NCBI GenBank assembly: GCA_037143235.1
Contig: JBAWZC010000001.1
Span: 65,132 to 129,131 of the forward strand
Direction of reading: 5' to 3'
From: Candidatus Berkelbacteria bacterium
GTDB taxonomy: Bacteria > Patescibacteriota > UBA1384 > XYA2-FULL-43-10 > 1-14-0-10-43-13
Length of the DNA stretch: 64,000 nucleotides
Part shown: piece after piece, positions 9,935-19,838 of the stretch
Layout of the letters: every line of letters begins with the position of its first letter
Numbering within the stretch: position 1 is the first letter of the stretch
The notes under the pieces: generated by a model
The model's input: the letters and a program-made list of their open reading frames with translations, nothing else
The model's database searches: none
What the model was told of the DNA's origin: nothing
Program-made: the position numbers and the translations under genes

Positions 9935-11215
9935 ATGCCAGATGAAATAAACAAAATTAAACCCGCTGGTTTACCACCAGGCGATGAAAAATTTCTACAT
10001 AGCGATGCAGAACGGGCAGAAATGATAGAAGAGCAAACAGAAGCAATAGAAGAGGACACAAATGTAGAAGAATCACTAAGAATCGCAATAGAAAAACTTC
10101 ACACTCTTCTTGGCGATAACTTCACTGATTTTGGAATTAGATTTGTGAATGTTGAAGAATATTTGTGGATTTTGACAAATCAGAAATTGCCCCATCGAGA
10201 AGTAGGAAAATTTAGTCCTCAATTAAAGAGTGAACTCGGCAAAGAAACAATAAATTTTACTCAGTATTTACAAGAATCAGTTGCAAAAGGTTGGGAAGAT
10301 ATCATTTACGATCAAACCGATTGGAGCCACAGTCTTTACGCACTACAACGCTATAGCATGGCCATGACAAAACTACGCGAATTTCATCGTGAAGTGAAAC
10401 ATCAACCGAACAGAGAGAATACTATCCGCGAAGCCACGACAAATCGTTTTAAAGAATATTTAACAAGTACAATTTTAGGCGATGAGCAAAGCGTAGGACT
10501 GAGACTTGGAATCGAACAATTAAAAAGACAAGTTGATGAGATTAGAAATGAAATGGGAGATGATGATTCCGAGGCTAGAGTCTCAGAAATTTTTTCAAAG
10601 GTGATGCTTGAACTTAATAGCGGAAAACCTCCTCGAGATTTAAACATACTTTTTCCAGAATATTTCGATGAGTCGGGACAAGAAGATGTTTTTGCCGATT
10701 TGAAAACAAAAGGACAGTCAACCTCCAGATATATGGCATATGGCCTTATGAAAATCGCTGAAAATTATGGTATCCAAACACTAGATTTAATGGAATTTCT
10801 TACTCAAATACATCCTAATAGCCAAGTCTTAAGAAAAGCAATCTACACTTACTGCAATTTTAATCCTAGTCATGGTTTTCGTGTTGATTCCAAGGACCAA
10901 TATCGAGGAGCCAGTAAAGCACCTTACCAGATGGCCATGGTTTACTCAAAAGAAGTAACTAATACACCAGGATTTAAAGACTGGTATGCTCTAGATGATA
11001 ATCAAATAAAAAACTCCGGCACATCACTCGGTAGTCATCTTTTAGGAGTAGTAGCTTGTTTCCCTATGCAAGAATTCACAAAAAAACTTGTTGAAATATC
11101 GTCTGAATCTGGCAAATGGGCGTGTCCTGTTTTTGATGCTCACGGGATTGCTCAGTATCCAATAGAAAAACCAGATGATGTAGCCTTGACTAGCAATCAA
11201 GATAATATCTTGTAA
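9935..11215 (+). CDS. hypothetical acidic soluble protein (426 aa)
   Basis: Long ORF, no TM, no recognisable motif; opposite strand to flanking housekeeping genes. Confidence 0.5.
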   Translation: MPDEINKIKPAGLPPGDEKFLHSDAERAEMIEEQTEAIEEDTNVEESLRIAIEKLHTLLGDNFTDFGIRFVNVEEYLWILTNQKLPHREVGKFSPQLKSELGKETINFTQYLQESVAKGWEDIIYDQTDWSHSLYALQRYSMAMTKLREFHREVKHQPNRENTIREATTNRFKEYLTSTILGDEQSVGLRLGIEQLKRQVDEIRNEMGDDDSEARVSEIFSKVMLELNSGKPPRDLNILFPEYFDESGQEDVFADLKTKGQSTSRYMAYGLMKIAENYGIQTLDLMEFLTQIHPNSQVLRKAIYTYCNFNPSHGFRVDSKDQYRGASKAPYQMAMVYSKEVTNTPGFKDWYALDDNQIKNSGTSLGSHLLGVVACFPMQEFTKKLVEISSESGKWACPVFDAHGIAQYPIEKPDDVALTSNQDNIL

Positions 11216-11439
11216 AAAATAAGCTACAAAAACAGCTCGGAAATCCGAAGACTCAGTCACATCTTGACTGCGCCACTCGATACTACCCATATTGCGCCAG
11301 CCGTACAGGTCAATATTGAGCCACGGCCGACAAGATTAAAGAGTTCGGTCTGATGAGCGATATTTGGCAGGAAATAGAAAACAGACACGATTGAAAACAA
11401 GATATAGACAGCAAAAAAATAAATTAGTAAGGAGTTTAT

Positions 11440-12423
11440 ATGCCATACGGATTAAACGGCGAACGGCCAGGTATGTATTTAGATAAAGATGAAGGTTCAA
11501 ATGGTGGCTCACAGAAGAAAAATGAACAAACTGAGGAAATAGAGCTCGACCCAATAAAGATGAAAAGCTCTGAAGAACTATATTCATACTGGACAGAACG
11601 TTATATAACTTTTCTAACTAATTCTGCCAATCGGGTAGAATCCGAACAATTTGATGCAGGGGGAGCTCTAACCGAGCTAGAATCGAGTAAACCTGAGATA
11701 AGATCTGCAGTAAATAAATTCAAGGAAGATCTAAACAATTTTTGCGAAACAGAAGGTATATTTGCTCTAACCGAAAATCTAGAAATAGCTGACAAGGATG
11801 TTCTTAACCAAAAAGTTGAAAAATTTCATTCGTTTTTTATCCAGCGCTATAATGAATTAATTGATACAATAAGCAGCTGTTTGTCTGGGCTATCTATAGT
11901 CAGAATGAATGACACCTTGGTGGATGTTAACAAAGATGTAGTTGACCTTTACAAAACTAATCTTGCCTCGAACAGACAAATCCGAAAAATCAGAGAAGAT
12001 GATGAAGAATTTTCAGGTGCATCCGATAAGATTTGTTACAATATCGGGCACAATCTTGGCAATATGGTGCCCGGCATCCCAACCCGATCTTTTGACGCAA
12101 CTATAGAAGAAGCAAGAAAAGAAACCGAAGAAATATACAAAGGCAATTTGGGAGGAATGCTTATAAAGCATAATTTTGTTGATGTCTCATTTCACTCATT
12201 AAGATTTCTTTTCAATCTATCAGGTAATTTTGAAACAATCGCTAGGCATGCCAAAGCTATTCCAGAATTAAAAAAAGATCCAGAAAAATTAAGAGAGTTA
12301 TTTAATTCGATTCCTTCGTTGGGAAATAATGTAATTTATATCGTTCCCGAAAGTTACGATCAAGTAAGAAATTCCAGGGACGAAATTTCAAATAAATTTG
12401 GTGAGTTTAGTTTTATTTCCTGA
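11440..12423 (+). CDS. hypothetical acidic soluble protein (327 aa)
   Basis: ORF with GGAG-like RBS (aaggagtttatATG); no recognisable motif. Confidence 0.5.
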   Translation: MPYGLNGERPGMYLDKDEGSNGGSQKKNEQTEEIELDPIKMKSSEELYSYWTERYITFLTNSANRVESEQFDAGGALTELESSKPEIRSAVNKFKEDLNNFCETEGIFALTENLEIADKDVLNQKVEKFHSFFIQRYNELIDTISSCLSGLSIVRMNDTLVDVNKDVVDLYKTNLASNRQIRKIREDDEEFSGASDKICYNIGHNLGNMVPGIPTRSFDATIEEARKETEEIYKGNLGGMLIKHNFVDVSFHSLRFLFNLSGNFETIARHAKAIPELKKDPEKLRELFNSIPSLGNNVIYIVPESYDQVRNSRDEISNKFGEFSFIS

Positions 12424-12492
12424 AGCAGTTTTAATTTTAACTCAATTGCAAAAGCCAGATTAGACTTTATTATCCATTCTCTGGTCACATAA

Positions 12493-12527
12493 AAGCCCGA
12501 GAATCGCAATGACTCCCGGGCTTTTAT
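12493..12527. terminator. bidirectional rho-independent terminator
   Basis: aaaagcccgagaatcgcaatgactcccgggctttt hairpin flanked by A/T runs between convergent 11440-12423(+) and greA(-). Confidence 0.75.
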
Positions 12528-12558
12528 TTCTTACTGCGCAACTAAAACAAATATAGTC

Positions 12559-13014
12559 CTATCGAATATCGACAATTTTGAACTCGGACACGCCAGCTGG
12601 TGTTGTAACTTTGACATTATCACCTTTTTTGGCACCAACGACGGCTCGACCCACAGGTGAATCGATAGAGATACGACCATTTAGCGGATCGGCTTCCTCT
12701 GAGCCAACGATCTGATAGATAACTTTCTCACCATCATCAAGAATCTCGACGGTGCAACCAATCGTGACAACTGATTTGTCGCAAGCCTTAGTTTCAATAA
12801 TCTCAGCATTCTTAATTTTAAACTCAATCTCCTGCTCACGACCAACCAAGAAAGACTGCTCGTTTTTTGCTTCGTGATATTCGGCGTTCTCTGACAGATC
12901 ACCAAATTCTCTCGCTTCTTTGATCTTGAGCGCGACTTCTTTTAATTTTAGCTTTATCTCGGCTAATTCTTCCTTGAGTTTAGCCAAGCCCTCTACGGTA
13001 ATAAAATTGCTCAT
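12559..13014 (-). CDS. greA: transcription elongation factor GreA
   Basis: Start MSNFITVEGLAKLKEEL...; FGDLSENAEYHEAK motif; C-terminal FKBP-like domain. Confidence 0.9.
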   Translation of the reverse strand: MSNFITVEGLAKLKEELAEIKLKLKEVALKIKEAREFGDLSENAEYHEAKNEQSFLVGREQEIEFKIKNAEIIETKACDKSVVTIGCTVEILDDGEKVIYQIVGSEEADPLNGRISIDSPVGRAVVGAKKGDNVKVTTPAGVSEFKIVDIR

Positions 13015-13049
13015 TTTGTCTCTGATTAAATATCTCTGATAAAAAACTA

Positions 13050-13072
13050 AAACACGAAGGATCTTCGTGTGT
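13050..13072 (-). terminator. hairpin terminator downstream of 13151-13531
   Basis: cacgaaggatcttcgtg stem-loop. Confidence 0.5.
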
Positions 13073-13150
13073 CTGCCCCTTGATTTACAAGCCGATTTTC
13101 TCAAAAATATCAGTTAATGTCAATAGAAAGACTAAACGCAATAGAATGTT

Positions 13151-13531
13151 TCAGCTCTCAAAATCTTCATCGAAATGTTTCTGATTTACTGCTGTAATCT
13201 TGACTTCTATCACGCCTTTTGGATAATAGCCTTCGTTATCAGGATTGTTCTTTGCGTACTCGAGCAATGCGCCACTATCGTGATATGTCGCCAACCCGTC
13301 TATGTTAATAATTAAAGAATAATCCTTGCTGTATGCGAGCACAAACACTTTATTGTTAATCTTAATATTCGAAATTGTCTGCTCCATATGATTATCTGTA
13401 ATAATCAGGCTACCATTCTCGATTTTGTTGATCTCAACAAAAATTGCGTGAGGCTGATTATTCATGTCTGATGTAGTCAAAACCAAAATAGTTTGTTTTT
13501 TTAGCAATTCAAGTTGTTTGTCGTTCAACAT
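13151..13531 (-). CDS. pyridoxamine 5'-phosphate oxidase-like FMN-binding split-barrel protein
   Basis: 126 aa; LLKKQTILVLTT...PHAIFV pattern of PNPOx-like/general stress protein 26 family. Confidence 0.6.
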   Translation of the reverse strand: MLNDKQLELLKKQTILVLTTSDMNNQPHAIFVEINKIENGSLIITDNHMEQTISNIKINNKVFVLAYSKDYSLIINIDGLATYHDSGALLEYAKNNPDNEGYYPKGVIEVKITAVNQKHFDEDFES

Positions 13532-13688
13532 CGTATCCCTTCAATATAATTCTAATCTCAATACTATTCTAACAAATTATTATGATAGATTGCCACCATC
13601 CTACGCCAAGGCTACGGACGGCAGGCAGTCGCAGACTCCTCGCAATGACAATTAATTAATGGATGGCGCGTGACTCCCTCTGACTGCC

Positions 13689-13717
13689 GTTTTCTGTTTT
13701 CTGTTTTCTGTTTCCCC
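13689..13717. repeat. (GTTTTCT)3 microsatellite in GC-skewed intergenic spacer
   Basis: gttttctgttttctgttttctgtttcccc. Confidence 0.8.
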
Positions 13718-13737
13718 TATCTCCTGACTCCTGGCTC

Positions 13738-15675
13738 TTATCTTGTAAAGTAATAATTAAAAAGATCCTTGGCCATCGGCACCGCCGTCGCCGTTGACAT
13801 CCCGCCGCCCTCCACCATCGTCAAAACGGCAATTTGCGGATTGTCATAGGGCGCGTAACCAACAAACCAACCATGAACTCGCTGATTGTTATCGTACTGT
13901 GCCGAACCAGTTTTTCCAGCAACCTCCACTGGCAGGTTAGCCATCGCCATTGCTGATCCACCCGTCGCGACCAACCGCATTCCTTCTTGCACCGTCTTCA
14001 AATTTTGCGGCGAAATAAAATTAGCATTGACCACTTCCTCGCCATATTCTTTGATCACATTACCCTCTGGATCTGTGACTTTCTTGACAATATGCGGCAC
14101 GACCACCTTGCCGCCATTTGCAATGGAGTTCACCATTCGCAACATCTGAATCGGCGTGACCAACAGATCGCCCTGACCGATCGAAACATGATAAGTGTCG
14201 CCAATATACCAGTTCTCGCCCTGAGCTTTCTTTTTCCAGGTCGGGTCAGGCAACAAACCAGAGGCCTCACCAAGAAGATCTACCCCCGTAGGTCGGCCCA
14301 AACCAAACAGTTGCCAATACTTCTTGATTCGATCAATGCCTAGTCCTTTGATTGGCCCATACCCTCCCCCAGCGGCGTAAAAGAAAATATTATTCGAAAA
14401 CTCCAGAGCAGATCTGACCGTTGTCGCGCCAAGTTCCTTGCTCTCAAAATTGATAAAAGTCGAACCACCGACCGTAATACTACCAGGTGCATCAAAAACA
14501 GTGTTAGCATTGATTGTACCCTCTTGGAGGGCTGCAGCTGCAAGCATCGGCTTCGAGCTCGATCCGGGCGGATAAGTACCAGCAATCGAACGGTCAAACA
14601 TCGGCATGGATTTATCCAACAAAATTTTCGAATAATTTGTGCCGCTATCCGCACCAGAGAACAAGTTTGAATCATAATCAGGCGTCGAGACCATTGCAAG
14701 GATACCACCAGTTTTAACATCCATTACGATAGCAACTGCCGTTTTAATGTCATCTTTGCCAGTATCTTCTTTCGCTTTAACCAAAGCATCGGCGGCGACC
14801 TTCGCCGCTTCATTTTGCAAACCACGATCCATATACAGCCAAACATTATTACCTGCGACGGGCTCGGTACTATTATCGTCCAACAAGATTTGATTTACAT
14901 TTCCCTTCGAGTCAACTTCGACCTGTTCGACACCAGGGACGCCACGCAGATATTGTTCTGCCGTTTTTTCAATCCCAGTTTTTCCGACATGGTCAGAAAG
15001 ATAGTAGCCTGTCCCATTTTTCAGCTCGTTCTCGGTGATTGCTCCCGTGTACCCAAGCACATGGCCCAAACCAAGAGTATAGCTATACTCACGACTATAA
15101 CGCTTGGCAATGAATAAGCCAGGAACAGTCTTGATCTTCTCCTCCAAAAGAAGAGCATCATCCCTGGGCATATCTTCCTTAATTATTGCCATATCCAAAG
15201 AAATCAAGCCATTTTTCTCAGCATTTTTCTTCACTTCGGCTTGATCCATGCTAACCAATGCAGCAATTTTTTGATAATACTCCTCGCGATCAGATTTTTT
15301 CTTTGGTAGATCCGATGGATACAACGCCAAAGAAAAATCAGAGGTATTTCTAGCCAACCACCCGCCAGAACTATCCAAAATTTGACCTCTTGGTGCTTCG
15401 ATCAAACGAGGCCTAATACTATTGCCCAAAGCCAAACTTTTATTTGCCTCCCCCTGAACTATCTGCAAGCTAAAGACACGCAGGATCATAATGCAGAAGA
15501 TTCCTACGACAGCAAATTTAACCCACGACAAAGTCGTCCGATCTTTTTTCTTTTCAATAGTCGATATCCGATCAATGGCCGTATCGCCGTACTCAAAATT
15601 GAGCTCCTCTTTGCGGCGTACGCGTCGAGCTTTGGTGTCTCCCCTGATATCAGAAAAATTACCGAGTATATCCAT
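13738..15675 (-). CDS. mrdA: penicillin-binding protein 2 (peptidoglycan D,D-transpeptidase)
   Basis: 645 aa; N-terminal TM, dimerisation domain, transpeptidase SxxK/KTG(S) motifs (GSSSKP..., AGKTGSAQ); located in mre cluster. Confidence 0.85.
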   Translation of the reverse strand: MDILGNFSDIRGDTKARRVRRKEELNFEYGDTAIDRISTIEKKKDRTTLSWVKFAVVGIFCIMILRVFSLQIVQGEANKSLALGNSIRPRLIEAPRGQILDSSGGWLARNTSDFSLALYPSDLPKKKSDREEYYQKIAALVSMDQAEVKKNAEKNGLISLDMAIIKEDMPRDDALLLEEKIKTVPGLFIAKRYSREYSYTLGLGHVLGYTGAITENELKNGTGYYLSDHVGKTGIEKTAEQYLRGVPGVEQVEVDSKGNVNQILLDDNSTEPVAGNNVWLYMDRGLQNEAAKVAADALVKAKEDTGKDDIKTAVAIVMDVKTGGILAMVSTPDYDSNLFSGADSGTNYSKILLDKSMPMFDRSIAGTYPPGSSSKPMLAAAALQEGTINANTVFDAPGSITVGGSTFINFESKELGATTVRSALEFSNNIFFYAAGGGYGPIKGLGIDRIKKYWQLFGLGRPTGVDLLGEASGLLPDPTWKKKAQGENWYIGDTYHVSIGQGDLLVTPIQMLRMVNSIANGGKVVVPHIVKKVTDPEGNVIKEYGEEVVNANFISPQNLKTVQEGMRLVATGGSAMAMANLPVEVAGKTGSAQYDNNQRVHGWFVGYAPYDNPQIAVLTMVEGGGMSTATAVPMAKDLFNYYFTR

Positions 15676-15690
15676 ATGTAAAACTTAATA

Positions 15691-16179
15691 TTATTTGAAT
15701 ATCCCGATGCGTTGTTTTCTGCCAATATTTTGAATTACCCCATAGGCCCAGATTCCAATAGTTGCATTTAGTACGACGAAAAAAGAAGCAGTCAAAAAAG
15801 CACCCACGAAATATGATCCGGTTACGATAATAAAACATAACTCGAAGATTATTAATGGCGCTACGATTATCGGAACCGCTCCGATGACTGGTAGCTCTGG
15901 CAAAACCCTCTTTCTGAGGAAGGCGATGAACATCGGCACGAGCAAGAAACCAACCAAGATGACAATCAATGGTAATGACGACAAAATTGTCAAAAAGATC
16001 ATCGAAGATAAGCCAAAGATCAGGGTTTTTTGCTGCCCCCAAAACAAACTGACCAGGATTACCACGACAAGAGATAAAAATATCGTTCCCCCGTACAGAT
16101 CAAGAAAACTAAAGAAAGCGATATCCAAAAAGACCAAAACCAGAGACAAACCGATCAAATACAAATTATTGTTTTTCAT
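15691..16179 (-). CDS. mreD: rod shape-determining protein MreD (polytopic membrane)
   Basis: 162 aa hydrophobic protein between mreC and mrdA. Confidence 0.6.
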   Translation of the reverse strand: MKNNNLYLIGLSLVLVFLDIAFFSFLDLYGGTIFLSLVVVILVSLFWGQQKTLIFGLSSMIFLTILSSLPLIVILVGFLLVPMFIAFLRKRVLPELPVIGAVPIIVAPLIIFELCFIIVTGSYFVGAFLTASFFVVLNATIGIWAYGVIQNIGRKQRIGIFK

Positions 16180-16958
16180 TTTTGCACGAAAACTAATTCT
16201 ATTTTTGATAAATCAGCTAACGGCTCGACCACGATACTTTTATATATACCGCCACTCGTTTGAACTGACGCAGCCCGACCAATCAACAGCCCGGGTGACA
16301 TGCTTCCACCAAGACCAGAAGTCACGACATATTCACCCTTTTTGAAATCAACATCCTGAATAATATTTTCTAAAAGCAAACCGGAAACGCCTCCAGAGAG
16401 AGTGCCTTTTGTGCGACTATCCTGCAACATCGCCTGGATGATCGAGTCTTTGCTGGTGATCAAGGTAATCTTGGCACTAGATTTAAATATTTGGGATACT
16501 TTACCGATCAAGGCCCCTCCGGACATTACTGGTTGGCCCCCTTTAACTCCGTCGTCTCCGCCTTTGTCGATAACGATATAATCAAGAAATGATATCGGAT
16601 CACGCTCGATAATTCTGGCCGGCACCATCTCCACGGATCCATAGGTTTCAGTAAAACCAATCTCTTTTTTCAGGAAAGTATTCTCGTTTTCAAGCTCAGT
16701 GATACGGCTTCTGTCAATCTGCAATTGAGTAATTTTATCGACTAACTCTGCATTTTGTCGAGTCAGGTTCTGGATATTAGTCCAAAAATACAAACTAGTC
16801 TTTATTTTCTTGCCGACAAAACTGAAAGCGGAAGCAGGTGTCTTGATCGTACTCTGAGCTGCATACGACACATCTTTTCTAAAAGTTGGCCAAACCCACA
16901 GTAAAATAAAAAAAGCAGTAAGTATTACAAATATAAATTGTTTGTAATTATTTTTCAT
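16176..16958 (-). CDS. mreC: rod shape-determining protein MreC
   Basis: N-terminal TM, coiled coil (QNAELVDKITQLQIDRSRITELENEN), beta-rich C-domain. Confidence 0.8.
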   Translation of the reverse strand: MKNNYKQFIFVILTAFFILLWVWPTFRKDVSYAAQSTIKTPASAFSFVGKKIKTSLYFWTNIQNLTRQNAELVDKITQLQIDRSRITELENENTFLKKEIGFTETYGSVEMVPARIIERDPISFLDYIVIDKGGDDGVKGGQPVMSGGALIGKVSQIFKSSAKITLITSKDSIIQAMLQDSRTKGTLSGGVSGLLLENIIQDVDFKKGEYVVTSGLGGSMSPGLLIGRAASVQTSGGIYKSIVVEPLADLSKIELVFVQK

Positions 16959-18011
16959 TTAACGATTGAACTCTTTCGGTAATAATACATTTGAGAGCAA
17001 ATCAAGATCTTCCAAGACTAACCCAGCGCCCCGAACCACAGCTGTTAGCGGATCATCAGCAATATAAACCTTCGTCTGGGTTTCCTGGGCCAAGCGTTCT
17101 GCCAAGCCGTCGAGTAATGCTCCCCCACCAGATAGGATAATCCCACGATCCATAATATCCGAAAGCAATTCAGGCGGAGTCTCCTCCATCGTTACTCTGA
17201 CACTTTCGATAATAGTATTCAATGACTTTCTGATCGCTTCTCTGATCTGTTCATCATTAACAATAATTTCTTTCGGCAAACCAGAAACTAAATCCCTGCC
17301 ACGCATCGGAGCTTCACGACGATCTTTTCTCGTCATAGCCGAACCAATTTTAATCTTGATCTCTTCAGCAGTTCTCTCCCCAAGCAATAAATTGAACTTA
17401 TCGCGAGAGTATTGGATAATATCATCATTTAATTCATCACCGGCGATACGCAAAGATCGAGAAGCTACGACGCCACCAAGCGACATCACTGCTACTTCAG
17501 TTGTTCCACCACCGATATCAACGATCATGCTCCCTGAAGCATCTTGAATAGGTAACCTCGCCCCGATCGCGGCGGCAATTGGCTCTTCGATCAGATAAAC
17601 TTCTCTCGCCCCAGCGTTGATCGCCCCTTCTTCAACTGCTCGTCTTTCAACCTCAGTCACAGAATGTGGAATACCAATCACGACTCTCGGCCGAGGTATC
17701 AGAGTAAATGAAATCTTCTGAACTTTTTCAAAAAAATACTTAAGCATCTGCTCGGTGATCTCAAAATCAGAAATAACTCCATCCACAAGTGGACGAATCG
17801 CCACAATATGAGCAGGTGTACGCCCAACCATCCTCTTGGCTTCTTCTCCTACGGCCAATATCTCATTTGTCCGCTTATTGATCGCGACTACTGATGGCTC
17901 TCTGATCACAACTCCATGACCACGAACATACACCAAAGTATTTGCCGTGCCCAGATCAATGGCTACGTCATGTGAAAATCGTGAATAAATTGAACTTAAT
18001 ATGCTTGCCAT
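16959..18011 (-). CDS. mreB: rod shape-determining actin homolog MreB
   Basis: IDLGTANTLVY..., DIGGGTTEVAV actin-fold motifs. Confidence 0.92.
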   Translation of the reverse strand: MASILSSIYSRFSHDVAIDLGTANTLVYVRGHGVVIREPSVVAINKRTNEILAVGEEAKRMVGRTPAHIVAIRPLVDGVISDFEITEQMLKYFFEKVQKISFTLIPRPRVVIGIPHSVTEVERRAVEEGAINAGAREVYLIEEPIAAAIGARLPIQDASGSMIVDIGGGTTEVAVMSLGGVVASRSLRIAGDELNDDIIQYSRDKFNLLLGERTAEEIKIKIGSAMTRKDRREAPMRGRDLVSGLPKEIIVNDEQIREAIRKSLNTIIESVRVTMEETPPELLSDIMDRGIILSGGGALLDGLAERLAQETQTKVYIADDPLTAVVRGAGLVLEDLDLLSNVLLPKEFNR

Positions 18012-18098
18012 TTACACCAAAAATTATCCCGCTCCAGTTTCAGCTGACTTATCTGAGTCTAATACAAAAACAACACTTTAGTCAAATATATTCTTAGG

Positions 18099-19079
18099 CT
18101 ACTTTTTTCCATTTGCCAAATGCTCAGCATAAGTTTTTGCTGGGTAAAACACCCCTTTCACATGCTGGAAATAGAGATAATCTGTTTTTTGATAATTTTT
18201 GACAGCCTTGAGTGTCTCCAAACTCGGATTACAGATCGGCCCCTCGGGCAAACCAAAGGAATAATATGTATTATAGGGCAAAGACAAACTATTCAACTCG
18301 CTGATGCTGATCGCTTTCCAAAAAAGATAATCTATTTTGTCTGATCGAGCGAGTGCATTGTACGCAATTGTATCTTTGGCATAAATCCCCGTCGGATCAG
18401 CCTGCAACTTCATGTCGATTTTTAGGCGATTGAAATAGATACCGGCAATAATTGACTTCTCCTCTGCTCTATCTGTTTCCCTCTCCACGATCGACGCCAG
18501 TATAATATCGTCATCAGAAACTTCGAGCCCTTGCGTTTGATCATAAAATTCTTTGACCATCATCTGCACTATATCGGCAGCTGGGGTTCCTGGCTTGATA
18601 AAATATGTTGCCGGGAAAAGTTGTCCTTCATAACTAGAGGAAGCAGAATCAAAAGAACTCTCAGTCACAATGTTCTTCTTCTCTAGCGCTCGACCGATTT
18701 GCTCTCGACGCCAGCCCTCAGGTATCGTCACTCGCTCAATAAAATTTTCACCAGTCGTGAAAAATCTGATCAAATCAAATATTGATACTTTTTCCGGAAT
18801 CTCCCAGAAACCAGCTTTGAAAGGCTTCTGGTTTAGTCGAGAAAAAAAATCAAACGCAAGGGTTGATGAAATCAAGCCTTTGCCCTGTAGCTCTTTCGAC
18901 ACATATTGCTTGCTTGAACCCTCAGGAATTTCAAAAAATATCTTGGGCTGACCGGTATCAAATGGAGTCTCAGCAATCTTTTCGATACTTCGATAACTCC
19001 AAAACGCTGCGCCAATCATGGCAACAAGCACAAAAATAACAATGGCGAAAACAATTTTCGTCTTTTTGCTGAAATTCAT
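18099..19079 (-). CDS. mltG: endolytic murein transglycosylase MltG (YceG-like)
   Basis: N-terminal TM then YceG-like domain. Confidence 0.8.
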   Translation of the reverse strand: MNFSKKTKIVFAIVIFVLVAMIGAAFWSYRSIEKIAETPFDTGQPKIFFEIPEGSSKQYVSKELQGKGLISSTLAFDFFSRLNQKPFKAGFWEIPEKVSIFDLIRFFTTGENFIERVTIPEGWRREQIGRALEKKNIVTESSFDSASSSYEGQLFPATYFIKPGTPAADIVQMMVKEFYDQTQGLEVSDDDIILASIVERETDRAEEKSIIAGIYFNRLKIDMKLQADPTGIYAKDTIAYNALARSDKIDYLFWKAISISELNSLSLPYNTYYSFGLPEGPICNPSLETLKAVKNYQKTDYLYFQHVKGVFYPAKTYAEHLANGKK

Positions 19080-19471
19080 CTGTTCTCTGCGTTAATATAC
19101 TGTTCAAGAATCAAGACAGCCGAAAGTTCATCTACCTTGGCCTTGTCCTTCGATATGTCAACTCCGTTCTCGCCAAGCAATCTTTCAGCCTCCACCGAAG
19201 TAAACGATTCTTCTTCGAATATCACGGGCAAAGACGCACTTCTTTCGAGTAAAGCTGCGAAAGATCGGATTTGAGCGCCCATGCCGCCATCAGTCCCGTC
19301 TTCTCGCTTCGGCAAGCCAATAATAATTTTTTCAATCTGTTCGGCCCTGCATTTTTCTACAATCTCATCGATCACTTCTGGAGAATTTTCTAAAACGCCA
19401 AAACCTCTAGCCATCTTCTCACCGATAGCCAATCCAATTCTTTTCTTACCATAATCTATAGCTAAATACAT
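19076..19471 (-). CDS. ruvX: Holliday junction resolvase-like protein RuvX/YqgF
   Basis: MYLAIDYGKKRIGLAIGE... canonical YqgF N-terminus. Confidence 0.9.
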   Translation of the reverse strand: MYLAIDYGKKRIGLAIGEKMARGFGVLENSPEVIDEIVEKCRAEQIEKIIIGLPKREDGTDGGMGAQIRSFAALLERSASLPVIFEEESFTSVEAERLLGENGVDISKDKAKVDELSAVLILEQYINAENR

Positions 19472-19540
19472 AAATTCCGTAAATATTAATTCAAGTAGCC
19501 AATAAATATTTATTCAATTAGTCATTTAATCATCTAGTCA

Positions 19541-19640
19541 TTGATTTTCTCCACTCCTTTTCAAGGAGAGGTGGGGTGAGGTTTAATGTTTAAGATGAAA
19601 CCTCATCTATCTTCTCCTTCAAAAGGAGAAGAACCCTTGG
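19541..19640. repeat. structured ~100-nt repeat R1 (three hairpins: CTCCTTTTCAAGGAGAG / GTGAGGTTT..AAACCTCA / TTCTCCTTCAAAAGGAGAA)
   Basis: Near-identical second copy R2 at 19691-19825; contains SD/anti-SD-like self-complementary segments. Confidence 0.8.
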
Positions 19641-19690
19641 AAATTTAATAATTGAATATTGGTTATTAACTGATTATTGTCTCTTGGTTA

Positions 19691-19825
19691 TTGTATTTCT
19701 CCTCTCCTTTTCAAGGAGAGGCAGGGGTGAGGTTTAATGTTTTAAAATGAAACCTCAGCTAACCCATTCGTCTTCGCTCAGGGCAGGCTTTCTCCTTGAA
19801 AAGGAGAAGAACCCTTAGGTTAATT
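19691..19825. repeat. structured repeat R2 (copy of R1 with 30-nt internal insertion)
   Basis: Same three hairpins as R1. Confidence 0.8.
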
Positions 19826-19838
19826 AGATTAATTTATT

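Noticed and set aside
13987-14720. Several 100-130-aa ORFs on both strands inside mrdA
   Set aside because: Embedded in the long PBP2 reading frame with no independent signals; shadow ORFs.
19541-19825. Possible CRISPR array (two similar repeats separated by ~50 nt)
   Set aside because: Only two copies, each ~100-135 nt (far longer than CRISPR repeats), and no cas genes in the window; better explained as duplicated structured MITE/ncRNA-like elements.
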